64,000 nt of DNA, taken from a bacterium. GTDB lineage: Bacteria > UBA8248 > JACPRG01 > G963555815. Positions 1 through 10,232 of the stretch are shown here, piece after piece. Position 1 is the stretch's first letter, and every line of letters starts with the position of its first letter. Under the pieces are notes generated by a model. The model was not told the DNA's origin, made no database searches, and saw nothing but the letters and a program-made list of their open reading frames with translations. The DNA lies in assembly GCA_965218795.1 (NCBI GenBank), contig OZ244653.1:3296001-3360000 (forward strand), in the 5' to 3' direction. A program made the position numbers and the translations under genes.

Positions 1-118
1 ATTTCTGGCCCTTGTGGCCTCGTCCGGAGGTTTTCCCTCTCCCCGACCCCGGACCTCGGCCCACCCGACGGGCATTGCGTCTGGCCCCTTTGGGAGGCCT
101 GAGATTATCCAGGCTCAC
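1..118 (-). CDS. rplO: 50S ribosomal protein L15, 5' part (runs off window)
   Basis: Manual translation from GTG at 118: [39 protein letters not shown]; start overlaps rpmD stop. Confidence 0.95.
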   Translation of the reverse strand, partial: MSLDNLRPPKGARRNARRVGRGPGSGRGKTSGRGHKGQK

Positions 119-312
119 GAGCTCACCTCTTCCACGCTGACCAGATGAATGATCTTGGCGACCATTCCGCGGATCGACGGTGTATCCTCCCGCACCACGG
201 AACGTCCCACCTTTCGAAGTCCAAGGCCCCAGAGCACCCTGTGCTGTTTTTTCTGCCTGCCGATGGGACTGCCCGTGAGGGTGATCCTGATTTTCTGAGA
301 TGGGTTCACCAT
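115..312 (-). CDS. rpmD: 50S ribosomal protein L30
   Basis: [11 protein letters not shown]...LGLRK...DTPSIRGMV; spc operon position. Confidence 0.96.
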   Translation of the reverse strand: MVNPSQKIRITLTGSPIGRQKKQHRVLWGLGLRKVGRSVVREDTPSIRGMVAKIIHLVSVEEVSS

Positions 313-325
313 ACCGGATTCCGCC

Positions 326-850
326 TCAACTCAATCGGGTCTGCATCTCTTCTCGCGTCAGCCCGCGGGCTTTGGCTACCTGATCGGGGCTTCGGAGTTG
401 GAGCAGCCCTTCCATCGTGGCTTTCGCAACATTGTGGGGGCTATCCGATCCGAGAGATTTGGTCAGAATGTCTTTTACGCCCGCCACCTCCAGGATGGCC
501 CGCACGGCCCCGCCCGCAATGACCCCCGTACCCTTGGAGGCCGGTTTCAACAGCACTTGCCCTTTCCCGAAACGCCCATTGACCGCATGGGGGATCGAGG
601 TCTCAGCCAGAGAAATGTTGACCATCGTCCGTTTGGCCTTCTCAATGCCCTTGGCGATGGCATCGGGGACCAGATTGGCCTTTCCCATCGCAACGCCCAC
701 CCGCCCGTTCCGGTCGCCGACCGTGACCAACGCGCTGAAGCTGAATCGCCTTCCGCCCTTGACAACCTTGGCGACCCGATTGACGAAGATGATCTTGTCG
801 ATGATCTCCTTCTCACCGGGCTTTTCCCGATCGAACCCGCGCTGATTCAA
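326..850 (-). CDS. rpsE: 30S ribosomal protein S5
   Basis: [19 protein letters not shown] motif. Confidence 0.98.
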   Translation of the reverse strand: MNQRGFDREKPGEKEIIDKIIFVNRVAKVVKGGRRFSFSALVTVGDRNGRVGVAMGKANLVPDAIAKGIEKAKRTMVNISLAETSIPHAVNGRFGKGQVLLKPASKGTGVIAGGAVRAILEVAGVKDILTKSLGSDSPHNVAKATMEGLLQLRSPDQVAKARGLTREEMQTRLS

Positions 851-1215
851 AATTTCACTCCCTGCTTTCGGACGGCGTTGGCCAACTCGGCCACCCGACC
901 GTGGTATTGATAGCCGTTCCTATCGAAGGCGATCTTCTGAATGCCGGAATTCTTCGCCGCTTCGCCGAGGATTTCTCCCACCAACCGGGCGGCTTCCAGG
1001 TCACCCCCTTTTTCCCCTCCGCGATCACGGAAGGCCGGGCTCAGGCTCGAGGAGGCCACCAGCGTCCGTCCCTCGAAGTCGTTAATGATCTGTGCGTAAA
1101 TGTGCTGATTGCTCTTGCAAACGGAAAGCCTGGGCTTATCGGCGGAACCGAACACCTTTTTCCGCACACGCAAGGCCCGGCGTTTCCTGGGTGTGGTTCG
1201 CCCTTGTCGTGACAT
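847..1215 (-). CDS. rplR: 50S ribosomal protein L18
   Basis: [15 protein letters not shown]; [12 protein letters not shown]. Confidence 0.98.
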   Translation of the reverse strand: MSRQGRTTPRKRRALRVRKKVFGSADKPRLSVCKSNQHIYAQIINDFEGRTLVASSSLSPAFRDRGGEKGGDLEAARLVGEILGEAAKNSGIQKIAFDRNGYQYHGRVAELANAVRKQGVKF

Positions 1216-1216
1216 C

Positions 1217-1762
1217 TTACTTCACCGCCGCCTTCCCGGCCTTCCGACGGACATACTCGCCGACGTAGCGCACCCCTTTGCCCTTGTACGGCTCCGGTTT
1301 GCGGAAGTGACGGATATCCGCGGCGGCCTGACCCACCTTCTCTTTGTCGATGCCCCGTACAATGATGATGTTCTTGTTATTCTCATCCAGAGCGATTTCA
1401 ACGCCTTCAGCCGGCTGATATTCGATGGGGTGGGAGTACCCCAGGTGGAGTGTCAGTTTCTTGCCCTCCACCGCGGCGCGGTAACCGAGACCGACCAGCT
1501 CCAAGCGCTTTTCGAATCCATCGGTCACCCCTTGCACCATGTTGGCGAGGAGAGAACGGGTCAGACCGTGAAGCGCGCGGTCCTGCCGCCCCTCTCCAGG
1601 CCGTTCCACGCGAAGCTCCCCTTCCTCTTGGAGGATCTTCATCCTTGGATGGAGTTCCCGCGAAAGGGTGCCTTTCGGCCCTTTCATCTCGATATGGGTC
1701 CCTTGAAGATTTACATCGACTCCCGAGGGACAAGGGACAGGCTGCTTACCGACGCGTGACAT
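1217..1762 (-). CDS. rplF: 50S ribosomal protein L6
   Basis: MSRVGKQP; RKPEPYKGKGVRY. Confidence 0.98.
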   Translation of the reverse strand: MSRVGKQPVPCPSGVDVNLQGTHIEMKGPKGTLSRELHPRMKILQEEGELRVERPGEGRQDRALHGLTRSLLANMVQGVTDGFEKRLELVGLGYRAAVEGKKLTLHLGYSHPIEYQPAEGVEIALDENNKNIIIVRGIDKEKVGQAAADIRHFRKPEPYKGKGVRYVGEYVRRKAGKAAVK

Positions 1763-1768
1763 GGTCTC

Positions 1769-2167
1769 TCACAGAATCTCGCACAGAACCTCGCCCCCGA
1801 CGCCCAAGGAGCGGGCTTCCCGGTCCGTCACCAAGCCTTTGGAGGTGGACAGGATGTACACGCCCAGTCCATTGGCCACTTTTCCGATTTCTCCATGACC
1901 CACGTAAATCCGCCGGCCGGGCTTGCTGACCCGCTTGAGTCGCCTGGGCACCGGACCGGCCTCCCCGACGGGCCGAAGGTCCAGTTCCAGGACGCCTTGT
2001 TTGTCGTCCTCGATCCACCGGTGACCCAGGATGTAACCCTCCCGCTGGAGGATTTCGGCGATACTCCGTTTCAGCTTGGATCCGGGAAGGCGAACTTGGG
2101 TGTGCCGGGCGGTCAAACCGTTCCGGATACGCGTCAGCAAATCAGAGATGGGATCGGTCATGCTCAT
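1769..2167 (-). CDS. rpsH: 30S ribosomal protein S8
   Basis: MSMTDPISDLLTRIRN (start moved to ATG 2167); SKPGRRIY; GGEVLC. Confidence 0.97.
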   Translation of the reverse strand: MSMTDPISDLLTRIRNGLTARHTQVRLPGSKLKRSIAEILQREGYILGHRWIEDDKQGVLELDLRPVGEAGPVPRRLKRVSKPGRRIYVGHGEIGKVANGLGVYILSTSKGLVTDREARSLGVGGEVLCEIL

Positions 2168-2186
2168 GGATATGATTCTCCCGCTT

Positions 2187-2372
2187 TTACCAGCTCGATT
2201 TGGTAACACCGGGGATCTCTCCCCGCAAAGCCAAGCTCCGGAAGCAGATTCGGCACATGGCGAACTTTCGCAGATAGCTGCGAGGACGGCCGCAAATCTT
2301 GCAGCGGTTGTACCCTCTGACCTTGAATTTCGGCTTGCGATTGGCTTTCGCGATCAGCGACTTCTTCGCCAC
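2187..2372 (-). CDS. rpsN: 30S ribosomal protein S14, short zinc-binding type
   Basis: 61 aa, CKIC...[15 protein letters not shown]. Confidence 0.97.
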   Translation of the reverse strand: MAKKSLIAKANRKPKFKVRGYNRCKICGRPRSYLRKFAMCRICFRSLALRGEIPGVTKSSW

Positions 2373-2397
2373 GTCCCTCTCCTGGTGTCGGCGGTTT

Positions 2398-3027
2398 TCA
2401 ATCCCGGAACGGCATCCCCATGCGCTTCAACAAGGCCCTGCCCTCTTCATCGCTCCGAGCCGTTGTCACGATGCTGACGCCCAACCCCCGGATTTTGTCC
2501 ACTTTGTCATAATCGATTTCCGGAAAGATGACCTGCTCGCGGAGGCCGATGGAAAAGTTTCCCCGTCCATCGAACGCCTTCCCGGACAAGCCCCGAAAGT
2601 CGCGGACCCGGGGCAGCGCTACATTCATCAGCCGATCCAAGAACTCGTACATCCGGTCGCCCCGAAGCGTCACCATGGCGCCAATCGGCATCCCGGTCCG
2701 CAGCTTGAATGCGGCGATCGATTTCCGGGCATTCCGAATGATGGGCTTTTGCCCGGTCATGGCGGCGATCTCTTCCACGCCTGCCTCGAGGACCTTGCCA
2801 TTTTGGATGGCCTCGCCCAATCCCATGTTCACCACGACCTTGTCGAGCTTTGGAACCAGCATGGGATTCTTGAAACCGAATTCCTTCTGAAGCTGCGGGG
2901 CGATCTCTTCCAGGTAGCGTTTCCGAAGCCGGGAAGGCTCTCCTTTCAGGGGGGTCCCCTTCACCTTTTTCCCGCCTTTGGACGATGCCGCCTCTTCAGG
3001 AGCTTCGGCGCCTTTCTTTTTTGCCAT
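2398..3027 (-). CDS. rplE: 50S ribosomal protein L5 with N-terminal extension
   Basis: [13 protein letters not shown]; [10 protein letters not shown]; FDGRGN. Confidence 0.97.
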   Translation of the reverse strand: MAKKKGAEAPEEAASSKGGKKVKGTPLKGEPSRLRKRYLEEIAPQLQKEFGFKNPMLVPKLDKVVVNMGLGEAIQNGKVLEAGVEEIAAMTGQKPIIRNARKSIAAFKLRTGMPIGAMVTLRGDRMYEFLDRLMNVALPRVRDFRGLSGKAFDGRGNFSIGLREQVIFPEIDYDKVDKIRGLGVSIVTTARSDEEGRALLKRMGMPFRD

Positions 3028-3040
3028 CCTTCAGGCCACC

Positions 3041-3397
3041 CTATGACTCATCCAGCATTTCGCCGCTTTTCTTCAGATAACGGACCTTGCGCCCGTCCTC
3101 GAGAACTTTCCATCCCACGCGGGAAGTCTGGCTGGTCTTCGGACACACCAGCATGACGTTCGAGAGGTGAATCCTGGCTTCCTTCTCGACAATCCCGCCC
3201 TTCTGCTTCTGGTCGGGGCGCGTATGACGCTTGACCATGTTGACCTTCTCGATGATGACCTGAGCCTCCCGGGCGTACACGCGCAAAACCCGTCCCCGCT
3301 TCCCCTTGTCCTTGCCGACCACCACCTCCACAATGTCGTTCTTGCGGATGACGGCCTTGGGAGCCCTGGCTGATTTCCGATCTTTCACGCCGGTCAT
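3041..3397 (-). CDS. rplX: 50S ribosomal protein L24
   Basis: KOW motif [11 protein letters not shown]; IHLSNV. Confidence 0.97.
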   Translation of the reverse strand: MTGVKDRKSARAPKAVIRKNDIVEVVVGKDKGKRGRVLRVYAREAQVIIEKVNMVKRHTRPDQKQKGGIVEKEARIHLSNVMLVCPKTSQTSRVGWKVLEDGRKVRYLKKSGEMLDES

Positions 3398-3418
3398 GGG
3401 TTCCTTTCCCTCTCCCGC

Positions 3419-3787
3419 CTACAGCACCTCGGGGGCCAATGAAATGATTTTCATGAATTGCCTCCGCCGAAGCTCGCGGGCAACCGGTCCGAAGATTCGC
3501 GTCCCCAGGGGCTCCCGATTCTCGTTGACCAAAACAATGGCGTTATTGTCGAACCGGATGTACGAACCGTCAGGGCGTCCAAGCTCTTTCTTGGTTCGGA
3601 CGACGACACCCCGGCGAACGTCCCCCTTCTTGATCGGGGCGTTGGGAACCGCTTCCTTGACGGCGACGACGATCATGTCCCCCACCCCCGCGTAACGTCT
3701 CCTCGTCCCGCCCAATACTTTGATACACATGGCTTTTCGGCCGCCTGAATTGTCAGCCACTTCGACCATGGTTTGTACTTGAATCAT
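3419..3787 (-). CDS. rplN: 50S ribosomal protein L14
   Basis: VADNSG; [12 protein letters not shown]; SLAPEVL. Confidence 0.98.
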   Translation of the reverse strand: MIQVQTMVEVADNSGGRKAMCIKVLGGTRRRYAGVGDMIVVAVKEAVPNAPIKKGDVRRGVVVRTKKELGRPDGSYIRFDNNAIVLVNENREPLGTRIFGPVARELRRRQFMKIISLAPEVL

Positions 3788-3800
3788 GAGGATCTCCCGC

Positions 3801-4064
3801 TCAACGGGCCTTTTCGATCACCTCGACCAGCCGCCAGCGTTTCGTCTTGCTGAGGGGGCGCGTCTCCATGATGCGAACCCTATCGCCCACGGTCAGCTCG
3901 TTGTTTTCGTCATGGACGTGAAAACTGGATCTGCGCCGCATGATTCGCTTGAAAATCGGATGCTGCACCAATCGGTCCACCCGCACAACGGCCGTCTTGT
4001 CCATCTTGTTGCTGGTTACCCGGCCTACCCGGGTTTTTCTGCGTCCTCGGACGTTCGCTGCCAT
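3801..4064 (-). CDS. rpsQ: 30S ribosomal protein S17
   Basis: [11 protein letters not shown]; [11 protein letters not shown]. Confidence 0.98.
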   Translation of the reverse strand: MAANVRGRRKTRVGRVTSNKMDKTAVVRVDRLVQHPIFKRIMRRRSSFHVHDENNELTVGDRVRIMETRPLSKTKRWRLVEVIEKAR

Positions 4065-4067
4065 CAA

Positions 4068-4262
4068 TCAGTCCTTCTGGGTGCGTTCTCGGGTGGCCGT
4101 TTGGGCCCGCGCGATGTCTCTGCGGACCAGGCGGATTCGCATGGGATTTTCCACTTGGCCCGTTACCCGCTGGAACCGCAGGTTGAACAACTCTTCCCTC
4201 AACTCGCGTTCCTTGACGGCGAGCTCATCATCTGTCAGGTCTCGAAATTCCTGCGGTTTCAT
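4068..4262 (-). CDS. rpmC: 50S ribosomal protein L29
   Basis: [11 protein letters not shown]; RRDIAR. Confidence 0.97.
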   Translation of the reverse strand: MKPQEFRDLTDDELAVKERELREELFNLRFQRVTGQVENPMRIRLVRRDIARAQTATRERTQKD

Positions 4263-4281
4263 CCGATCTCCGTCCGCACGG

Positions 4282-4689
4282 TCAATCCTTCACCACGAAT
4301 CGGGTTTTCATGGGCAGCTTCCGACCCGCCAGGCGCATGGCTTCCCGGGCGATCGGCTCGGCCACGCCAGCCATCTCGTACAACATGCGGCCGGGCCGGA
4401 TAACGGCCACCCACTGCTCCGGGGGACCTTTCCCTTTACCCATCCGGACTTCGGCCGGCTTCTTGGTAATCGGCTTGTCCGGGAATATGCGAATCCAGAC
4501 TTTCGCGCCGCGCTTGACGTACCGCGTCATGGCGATCCGTGCGGCCTCGATTTGCCGATCCGTCATCCAGACGGCTTCCATCGCCTGCAATCCATATTCG
4601 CCGAACTCCAGGGATGACCCGGTGTAGGCCTTACCCCGCCTGCGTCCCCGCTGGATCTTGCGGTGTTTGACTTTCTTGGGCATCAACAT
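4282..4689 (-). CDS. rplP: 50S ribosomal protein L16
   Basis: [24 protein letters not shown]. Confidence 0.98.
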   Translation of the reverse strand: MLMPKKVKHRKIQRGRRRGKAYTGSSLEFGEYGLQAMEAVWMTDRQIEAARIAMTRYVKRGAKVWIRIFPDKPITKKPAEVRMGKGKGPPEQWVAVIRPGRMLYEMAGVAEPIAREAMRLAGRKLPMKTRFVVKD

Positions 4690-4707
4690 GGGCGGTCATC
4701 CACTCCC

Positions 4708-5355
4708 CTACGCTTCCCGCTCACTGAATGGAGAATAGGATTCCCCCTTGTAAACCCACACCTTGACCCCGATCACACCGTAGGTCGTCTTCGCCTCGGC
4801 AAAACCGAAATCGATATCCGCTCGTAGCGTATGCAGCGGAATTCGACCTTCCCTGACCCACTCCTTCCGGGACATCTCGGCGCCGCCGAGCCGTCCCGAG
4901 ACGCCGATCTTGATCCCCCGCACCCCGAACCGGAGGGCGGAAGTGACCGCCCGTTTCATGGCGCGGCGAAAGCCCACCCGCCGCTCGAGTTGCAGCGCAA
5001 CGTTCTCGGCCACCAGTTGGGCGTCGGCCTCGGCCTTCCGAACCTCCTTGATGTTGATGTGAACCTGCTTCCCCGTCCGGTTCTGCAGGTCGGCGCGAAG
5101 CTTGTCCACCTCGCTTCCCCGTTTCCCGATGATGATCCCGGGCCGGGCGGCCCAGATGTCAATCCGGCACCGCTGGGAGGCGCGCTCTATGGTGATCTTC
5201 GAAACGCCGGCGTGATACAGCGTCTTTTTGATATACCTGCGAAGATCGATATCCTCGTGCAGCAGGTCGGTGAAATCGCGCCGCGAAAACCAATTCGAAG
5301 ACCATGTCTTGTTGAAGCCCAAACGAAATCCGGTCGGGTGAACCTTTTGACCCAT
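4708..5355 (-). CDS. rpsC: 30S ribosomal protein S3
   Basis: [13 protein letters not shown]; [13 protein letters not shown]. Confidence 0.98.
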   Translation of the reverse strand: MGQKVHPTGFRLGFNKTWSSNWFSRRDFTDLLHEDIDLRRYIKKTLYHAGVSKITIERASQRCRIDIWAARPGIIIGKRGSEVDKLRADLQNRTGKQVHINIKEVRKAEADAQLVAENVALQLERRVGFRRAMKRAVTSALRFGVRGIKIGVSGRLGGAEMSRKEWVREGRIPLHTLRADIDFGFAEAKTTYGVIGVKVWVYKGESYSPFSEREA

Positions 5356-5357
5356 CC

Positions 5358-5708
5358 TCAGTCCTCCTCGCTTTCCGGCGTCGCCAAGACCACGGTGATG
5401 TGGCTCATGGGCTTCAGGATCTTCGTCGCCCGTCCCCGGGCGCGGGGCCGATACCGCTTCAATCTTGGGCCTCCGTCAATCGTAAGACGCTTAATGTAAA
5501 GCCTTTCGACATCGTCGGTGGTTCCTTTGACCTCGGCGTTGGCCAATGCGGATCGAACCACCTTTCGCAGCATCTTGGCGGATCCTTGGGGCGCCACGTC
5601 CAAAACCTGAAGGGCCTTATCGACGGGTTTTCCCCGGACAAGCTCGGCCACTCCCCGAAGTTTCTGGGGGGAACGCCGGGCAAACCGGAGGATGGCTCTC
5701 GATTCCAT
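5358..5708 (-). CDS. rplV: 50S ribosomal protein L22
   Basis: SPQKLR; [11 protein letters not shown]; SHITV. Confidence 0.97.
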   Translation of the reverse strand: MESRAILRFARRSPQKLRGVAELVRGKPVDKALQVLDVAPQGSAKMLRKVVRSALANAEVKGTTDDVERLYIKRLTIDGGPRLKRYRPRARGRATKILKPMSHITVVLATPESEED

Positions 5709-5714
5709 CCAACC

Positions 5715-6002
5715 TCACTTCAAGGCAGCCGAACGCTTCAGCACCCGGCCCGAATGAGACCGAAATGTGCGCGTCGGCGAAAATTCGCCCAATTTGTGTC
5801 CAACCATGTTCTCCGTCACATACACGGGGATAAATTTCTTCCCGTTGTGGACGGCAAACGTAAACCCGACAAACTCGGGAGGGATTGTCGAACGACGGGC
5901 CCAAGTCTTGATCACCTGCTTGTCGCCCGAGGCCTCCATGAACTGCACACGCTTGACGAGCCTCTCGTCGACATAAGGCCCCTTTTTCAGCGACCGGCTC
6001 AC
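5715..6002 (-). CDS. rpsS: 30S ribosomal protein S19
   Basis: [10 protein letters not shown]; [13 protein letters not shown]. Confidence 0.98.
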   Translation of the reverse strand: MSRSLKKGPYVDERLVKRVQFMEASGDKQVIKTWARRSTIPPEFVGFTFAVHNGKKFIPVYVTENMVGHKLGEFSPTRTFRSHSGRVLKRSAALK

Positions 6003-6023
6003 TCTTCGCCCCTCCGTCCTTCC

Positions 6024-6851
6024 TTATTTGTTGCGCCTTCGGATAATGTAGCGCCCCGAAAGTTTCCCCTTTTTTCTTGTTTTGTAGCCCTTGGTGGGCT
6101 TCCCCCACGGCGTCGTCGGGTTCCGTCCGCCCGAGGACTTTCCCTCACCGCCTCCCATGGGATGATCAATGGGGTTCATAGCCACGCCGCGAACCTTCGG
6201 GCGCCGTCCGAGCCAACGCGAACGACCCGCTTTCCCCAAGGAGATATTTTCGTGATTAAGGTTTCCCAGCTGCCCCACGGTTGCACGGCAGGAAACGGGG
6301 ACCATTCGCTGCTCTCCCGACGGGAGACGGACCTGAGCGTATTTTCCCTCTTTCGCCATCAACTGGGCCTGGGTCCCCGCGCTGCGAACGAGCTGTCCGC
6401 CCTTACCGGGTTTCAGCTCGATGTTGTGAATCATGGTTCCGAGAGGAATGTCGGACAGGACCAAGGTATTTCCGGGCCGAACCTCCGCCCCCTTCCCCGA
6501 CATGACCGTGAAGCCCACACGGAGCTTCACGGGCGACAGAATGTACCGTTTGTCTCCGTCCGCGTACCGGACCATGGCGATCCTCGCCGAACGACCCGGA
6601 TCGTACTCGATGGAATCAACAATACCGGGGACTCCGTCCTTGGTCCGACGAAAATCCACCAGACGGTAACGCCTCTTGTGACCGCCCCCCCGGCGACGCA
6701 TGGTCATTCGCCCATGCGCGTTCCGTCCGCCAGACTTTGGAGCGGGCTGAAGCAGTGCCTTTTGAGGAGTGCCGCGGGTGAGCTCCTCGAAGTCCGAAGC
6801 CGTCTGATGGCGACGGCCGGGCGATGTCGGATTGAACTTCTTGATTCCCAT
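6024..6851 (-). CDS. rplB: 50S ribosomal protein L2
   Basis: Start moved to [14 protein letters not shown] at 6851; [17 protein letters not shown]. Confidence 0.98.
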   Translation of the reverse strand: MGIKKFNPTSPGRRHQTASDFEELTRGTPQKALLQPAPKSGGRNAHGRMTMRRRGGGHKRRYRLVDFRRTKDGVPGIVDSIEYDPGRSARIAMVRYADGDKRYILSPVKLRVGFTVMSGKGAEVRPGNTLVLSDIPLGTMIHNIELKPGKGGQLVRSAGTQAQLMAKEGKYAQVRLPSGEQRMVPVSCRATVGQLGNLNHENISLGKAGRSRWLGRRPKVRGVAMNPIDHPMGGGEGKSSGGRNPTTPWGKPTKGYKTRKKGKLSGRYIIRRRNK

Positions 6852-6877
6852 GTTCTCAGGCTCCCCCTCCGGGCGAC

Positions 6878-7171
6878 CTAGACGTTGTCGAACAGGGCGA
6901 TTCGATCGCCCTCTCGGAGGGTGACGATAGCTTTCTTCCAATCGGGCCGGCGGCCCTTCCTGAAACCGAGACGCTTGACCTTGCCATGGTTGTTCATCGT
7001 CCGCACTTCGAGGACGTGAACACCGAAAACTTCCTCCACAGCCTGCTTGATCTCCAACTTGTTGACATCCCGCCGGACGACGAAGGTGAACTTGTTCGAT
7101 TCTTCATTGGCCATCGTGCTCTTTTCCGTCACCACCGGCGCTCGAACAATTTCCCGGAGATCTTTCTTCAA
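6878..7171 (-). CDS. rplW: 50S ribosomal protein L23
   Basis: PVVTEKS; WKKAIVTL. Confidence 0.97.
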   Translation of the reverse strand: MKKDLREIVRAPVVTEKSTMANEESNKFTFVVRRDVNKLEIKQAVEEVFGVHVLEVRTMNNHGKVKRLGFRKGRRPDWKKAIVTLREGDRIALFDNV

Positions 7172-7923
7172 TCTTCACCCTCCTCACCGGGTGCATCACC
7201 CGAAGCGGGAGCGGCAGAATCGGATCCATCCGCTTGCGGAGCGACCTCCTCCGCAGGGGGCGTCTCGCCGGACGGAATCTCGGAAGCGCCTCCGGACGGC
7301 GGCCTGAACCGCTGCTGGACGGCCTCGACTCCATCCCGGGAGATCAGGAGAACGTTTGCCCGTTCCACATCGTAGACGTTCACCCCGATGGCCGGCAGGC
7401 TTTTCGTCTGCTGCAGGTTCCAACTGGCGCGTCTCAACTCGGGGTCCGGCCCTGCCGTTACGCAGAGCACCTGACCCTCAAGCTCCAGATTGCCCAGCAG
7501 CCTTCGCATTTCCGACGTCTCGGGTTGGGGCAGCTGGAGAGAGCTCACGACTTTGACGTTCCCTTCCAGAATCTTCCGGTTCAGCGCGGAAACCAAGGCC
7601 GCTTGACGAACCTTCTTCGGAGGGCGGAATCCATAGTTTCTCGGCTTGGGCGGAAAAATGACTCCACCGTGCCTCCACAGGGGAGACTGCCTTCGGCCCG
7701 CACGGGCCCGGCCCGTTCCTTTTTGACGCCAGGGCTTGGATCGGCTCCCTTTCACTTCACTTCGCGTCTTGGCCGATGAACTTCCCGCCCTTCGAGTCGC
7801 CAATTGCATCACAACCACCTCATGGATCAGATGCTCCCGGACCCGTCCATCGAAGATGGCGTCATCCAGGGCAACCTCGCCCACGAGCTCATTCTGCTGA
7901 TTGACCACTTCCAGGACCGGCAA
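7168..7923 (-). CDS. rplD: 50S ribosomal protein L4 with acidic C-terminal tail
   Basis: KPWRQKGTGRARAG; GGVIFPPKPR. Confidence 0.97.
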   Translation of the reverse strand: MPVLEVVNQQNELVGEVALDDAIFDGRVREHLIHEVVVMQLATRRAGSSSAKTRSEVKGSRSKPWRQKGTGRARAGRRQSPLWRHGGVIFPPKPRNYGFRPPKKVRQAALVSALNRKILEGNVKVVSSLQLPQPETSEMRRLLGNLELEGQVLCVTAGPDPELRRASWNLQQTKSLPAIGVNVYDVERANVLLISRDGVEAVQQRFRPPSGGASEIPSGETPPAEEVAPQADGSDSAAPASGDAPGEEGED

Positions 7924-7926
7924 TGC

Positions 7927-8628
7927 TCAATCCTCTTTCTCTTTGGGTGTCTCGGCTTTTTCGGCAGTCCCGGCGGCAACAGCCTCCGGCGAGCGCGCGG
8001 CGAGACGGATCTCCAAGACCCCTTTTCGCGGGCCCGGCACAGAGCCTTTCAGCAGAATGAGGTTCTGATCCGCCAGCACGCGAACCACATGGAGGTGTCT
8101 CACCGTGACCCGCTCATCCCCCATATGACCCGGCAAAGGGTGACCGGGCACAACGCGGGAAGGGTAGGCGGACGCGCCGATGGAGCCGGGAGAACGGTGG
8201 AACATCGAACCATGCGTGGCCCGACCGCCGCTCCACCCGTGACGCTTCACCCCGCCCTGAAAACCCTTGCCTTTGCTGGTGCCGGTGACATTGACAACGT
8301 CTCCCTGGAAAAAGGTTTCGGCGCTGATGACTTCGCCGACCTGAAATTTTTCGCCATCCTGATCCTCGTCGAGCCGGAATTCCCGGAGGATCCGGGTGGG
8401 AGCGACTCCCGCCGCATCGAAGTGTCCTTTTCGGGGCCGATTCACTCTCTTCTCTCGCTGGGCCTGAAAACCCATCTGGACCGCAACGTAGCCGTCCCGA
8501 TCCTGGGTCTTTCGCTGGACAATCGGACAGGGACCGGCCTCGACAACCGTCACGGGGATGGAATTCCCCTTCTCGTCATAGACCTGGGTCATCCCCAGCT
8601 TTTTGCCCAGAATACAAACTGTCATCAT
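7927..8628 (-). CDS. rplC: 50S ribosomal protein L3
   Basis: GKKLGMTQ; SKGKGFQG; [13 protein letters not shown]; start moved to ATG 8628. Confidence 0.97.
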   Translation of the reverse strand: MMTVCILGKKLGMTQVYDEKGNSIPVTVVEAGPCPIVQRKTQDRDGYVAVQMGFQAQREKRVNRPRKGHFDAAGVAPTRILREFRLDEDQDGEKFQVGEVISAETFFQGDVVNVTGTSKGKGFQGGVKRHGWSGGRATHGSMFHRSPGSIGASAYPSRVVPGHPLPGHMGDERVTVRHLHVVRVLADQNLILLKGSVPGPRKGVLEIRLAARSPEAVAAGTAEKAETPKEKED

Positions 8629-8638
8629 TCCGACCGCC

Positions 8639-8950
<312 letters not shown>

Positions 8951-8979
8951 CGTTGTGTCCCAGTCGAGGAATCGAGGGG

Positions 8980-10170
8980 TTATTCGGTGATGTCGGTGAT
9001 CACGCCAGCACCCACCGTCCGGCCACCCTCACGAATCGCAAACCGCAACTCCTTCTCCATCGCTATCGGACCGATCAACTCCACGTCCATCGTTATGTTG
9101 TCCCCGGGCATCACCATCTCCACACCAGCGGGCAACGTCACCACACCCGTCACGTCCGTCGTACGAAAATAAAACTGAGGACGGTATCCATTGAAAAACG
9201 GCGTGTGACGACCCCCCTCCGCCTTCGTCAACACATAGGCCTCCGCCCTGAACTTCTTGTGGGGCGTGATCGTACCGGGATGAGCCAACACCTGACCGCG
9301 CTCCACTCCCTCACGCTTCACCCCTCGAAGCAATACACCGATGTTGTCACCCGCCTGGCCCTGGTCCAGAAGCTTCCGGAACATCTCCACCCCTGTCGCA
9401 ACCGTCTTCTCCGTGTCCCGAATCCCGACGATCTCTACCTCCTCGCCCACCTTCACCACACCGCGCTCCACACGACCCGTCACCACCGTGCCTCGACCAC
9501 TGATCGTGAACACATCCTCCACAGGCATCAAAAACGGACGGTCCACGTCCCGAACCGGCTCCGGTATGTAACTGTCGATAGCATCCATCAACTCCAATAT
9601 GCTCTGCGCCGAAGAATCCTCATCAGGATGGTTCAACGCCTGCAAGGCGCTCCCCTGTACCACCGGTATCTCATCCCCAGGAAAATCGTAACTCGACAGC
9701 AACTCACGTACCTCCAACTCCACCAACTCCTTCAACTCCTCGTCGTCCACCATGTCCACCTTGTTCAAATACACCACAATGTAAGGAACGCCCACCTGAC
9801 GAGCCAGCAATATGTGCTCGCGCGTCTGAGGCATCGGGCCGTCCGCAGCGCTCACAACCAATATCGCGCCGTCCATCTGGGCCGCGCCCGTGATCATGTT
9901 CTTCACATAGTCCGCATGACCAGGACAGTCCACGTGAGCATAGTGGCGCTGCGCCGTCTCGTACTCCACGTGAGCCGTCGCTATCGTGATCCCTCGCTCC
10001 CTCTCCTCGGGCGCCTTGTCGATCTCATCGAACGATATGAAATCCGCCCGGCCCTGCTTGGACAACACAAGCGTGATCGCTGCCGTCAGCGTTGTCTTGC
10101 CGTGATCCACGTGGCCTATCGTACCCACGTTCACGTGGGGCTTCGTCCGCTCGAACTTCAACTTGCTCAT
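8980..10170 (-). CDS. tuf: Elongation factor Tu (str-operon copy)
   Basis: [21 protein letters not shown]; follows fusA. Confidence 0.99.
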   Translation of the reverse strand: MSKLKFERTKPHVNVGTIGHVDHGKTTLTAAITLVLSKQGRADFISFDEIDKAPEERERGITIATAHVEYETAQRHYAHVDCPGHADYVKNMITGAAQMDGAILVVSAADGPMPQTREHILLARQVGVPYIVVYLNKVDMVDDEELKELVELEVRELLSSYDFPGDEIPVVQGSALQALNHPDEDSSAQSILELMDAIDSYIPEPVRDVDRPFLMPVEDVFTISGRGTVVTGRVERGVVKVGEEVEIVGIRDTEKTVATGVEMFRKLLDQGQAGDNIGVLLRGVKREGVERGQVLAHPGTITPHKKFRAEAYVLTKAEGGRHTPFFNGYRPQFYFRTTDVTGVVTLPAGVEMVMPGDNITMDVELIGPIAMEKELRFAIREGGRTVGAGVITDITE

Positions 10171-10232
10171 AATTGATAATCCTCGAAATCAGTTGCTTAT
10201 TGGAGCCTTGGGCCTATCCGGGCAACGCGGCG

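Noticed and set aside
6852-6941. Longer ORF-track starts for rplB (also rpsH, rplC, fusA, rpsL, rpoB)
   Set aside because: They overlap upstream genes or precede the conserved N-terminus; downstream starts fit better
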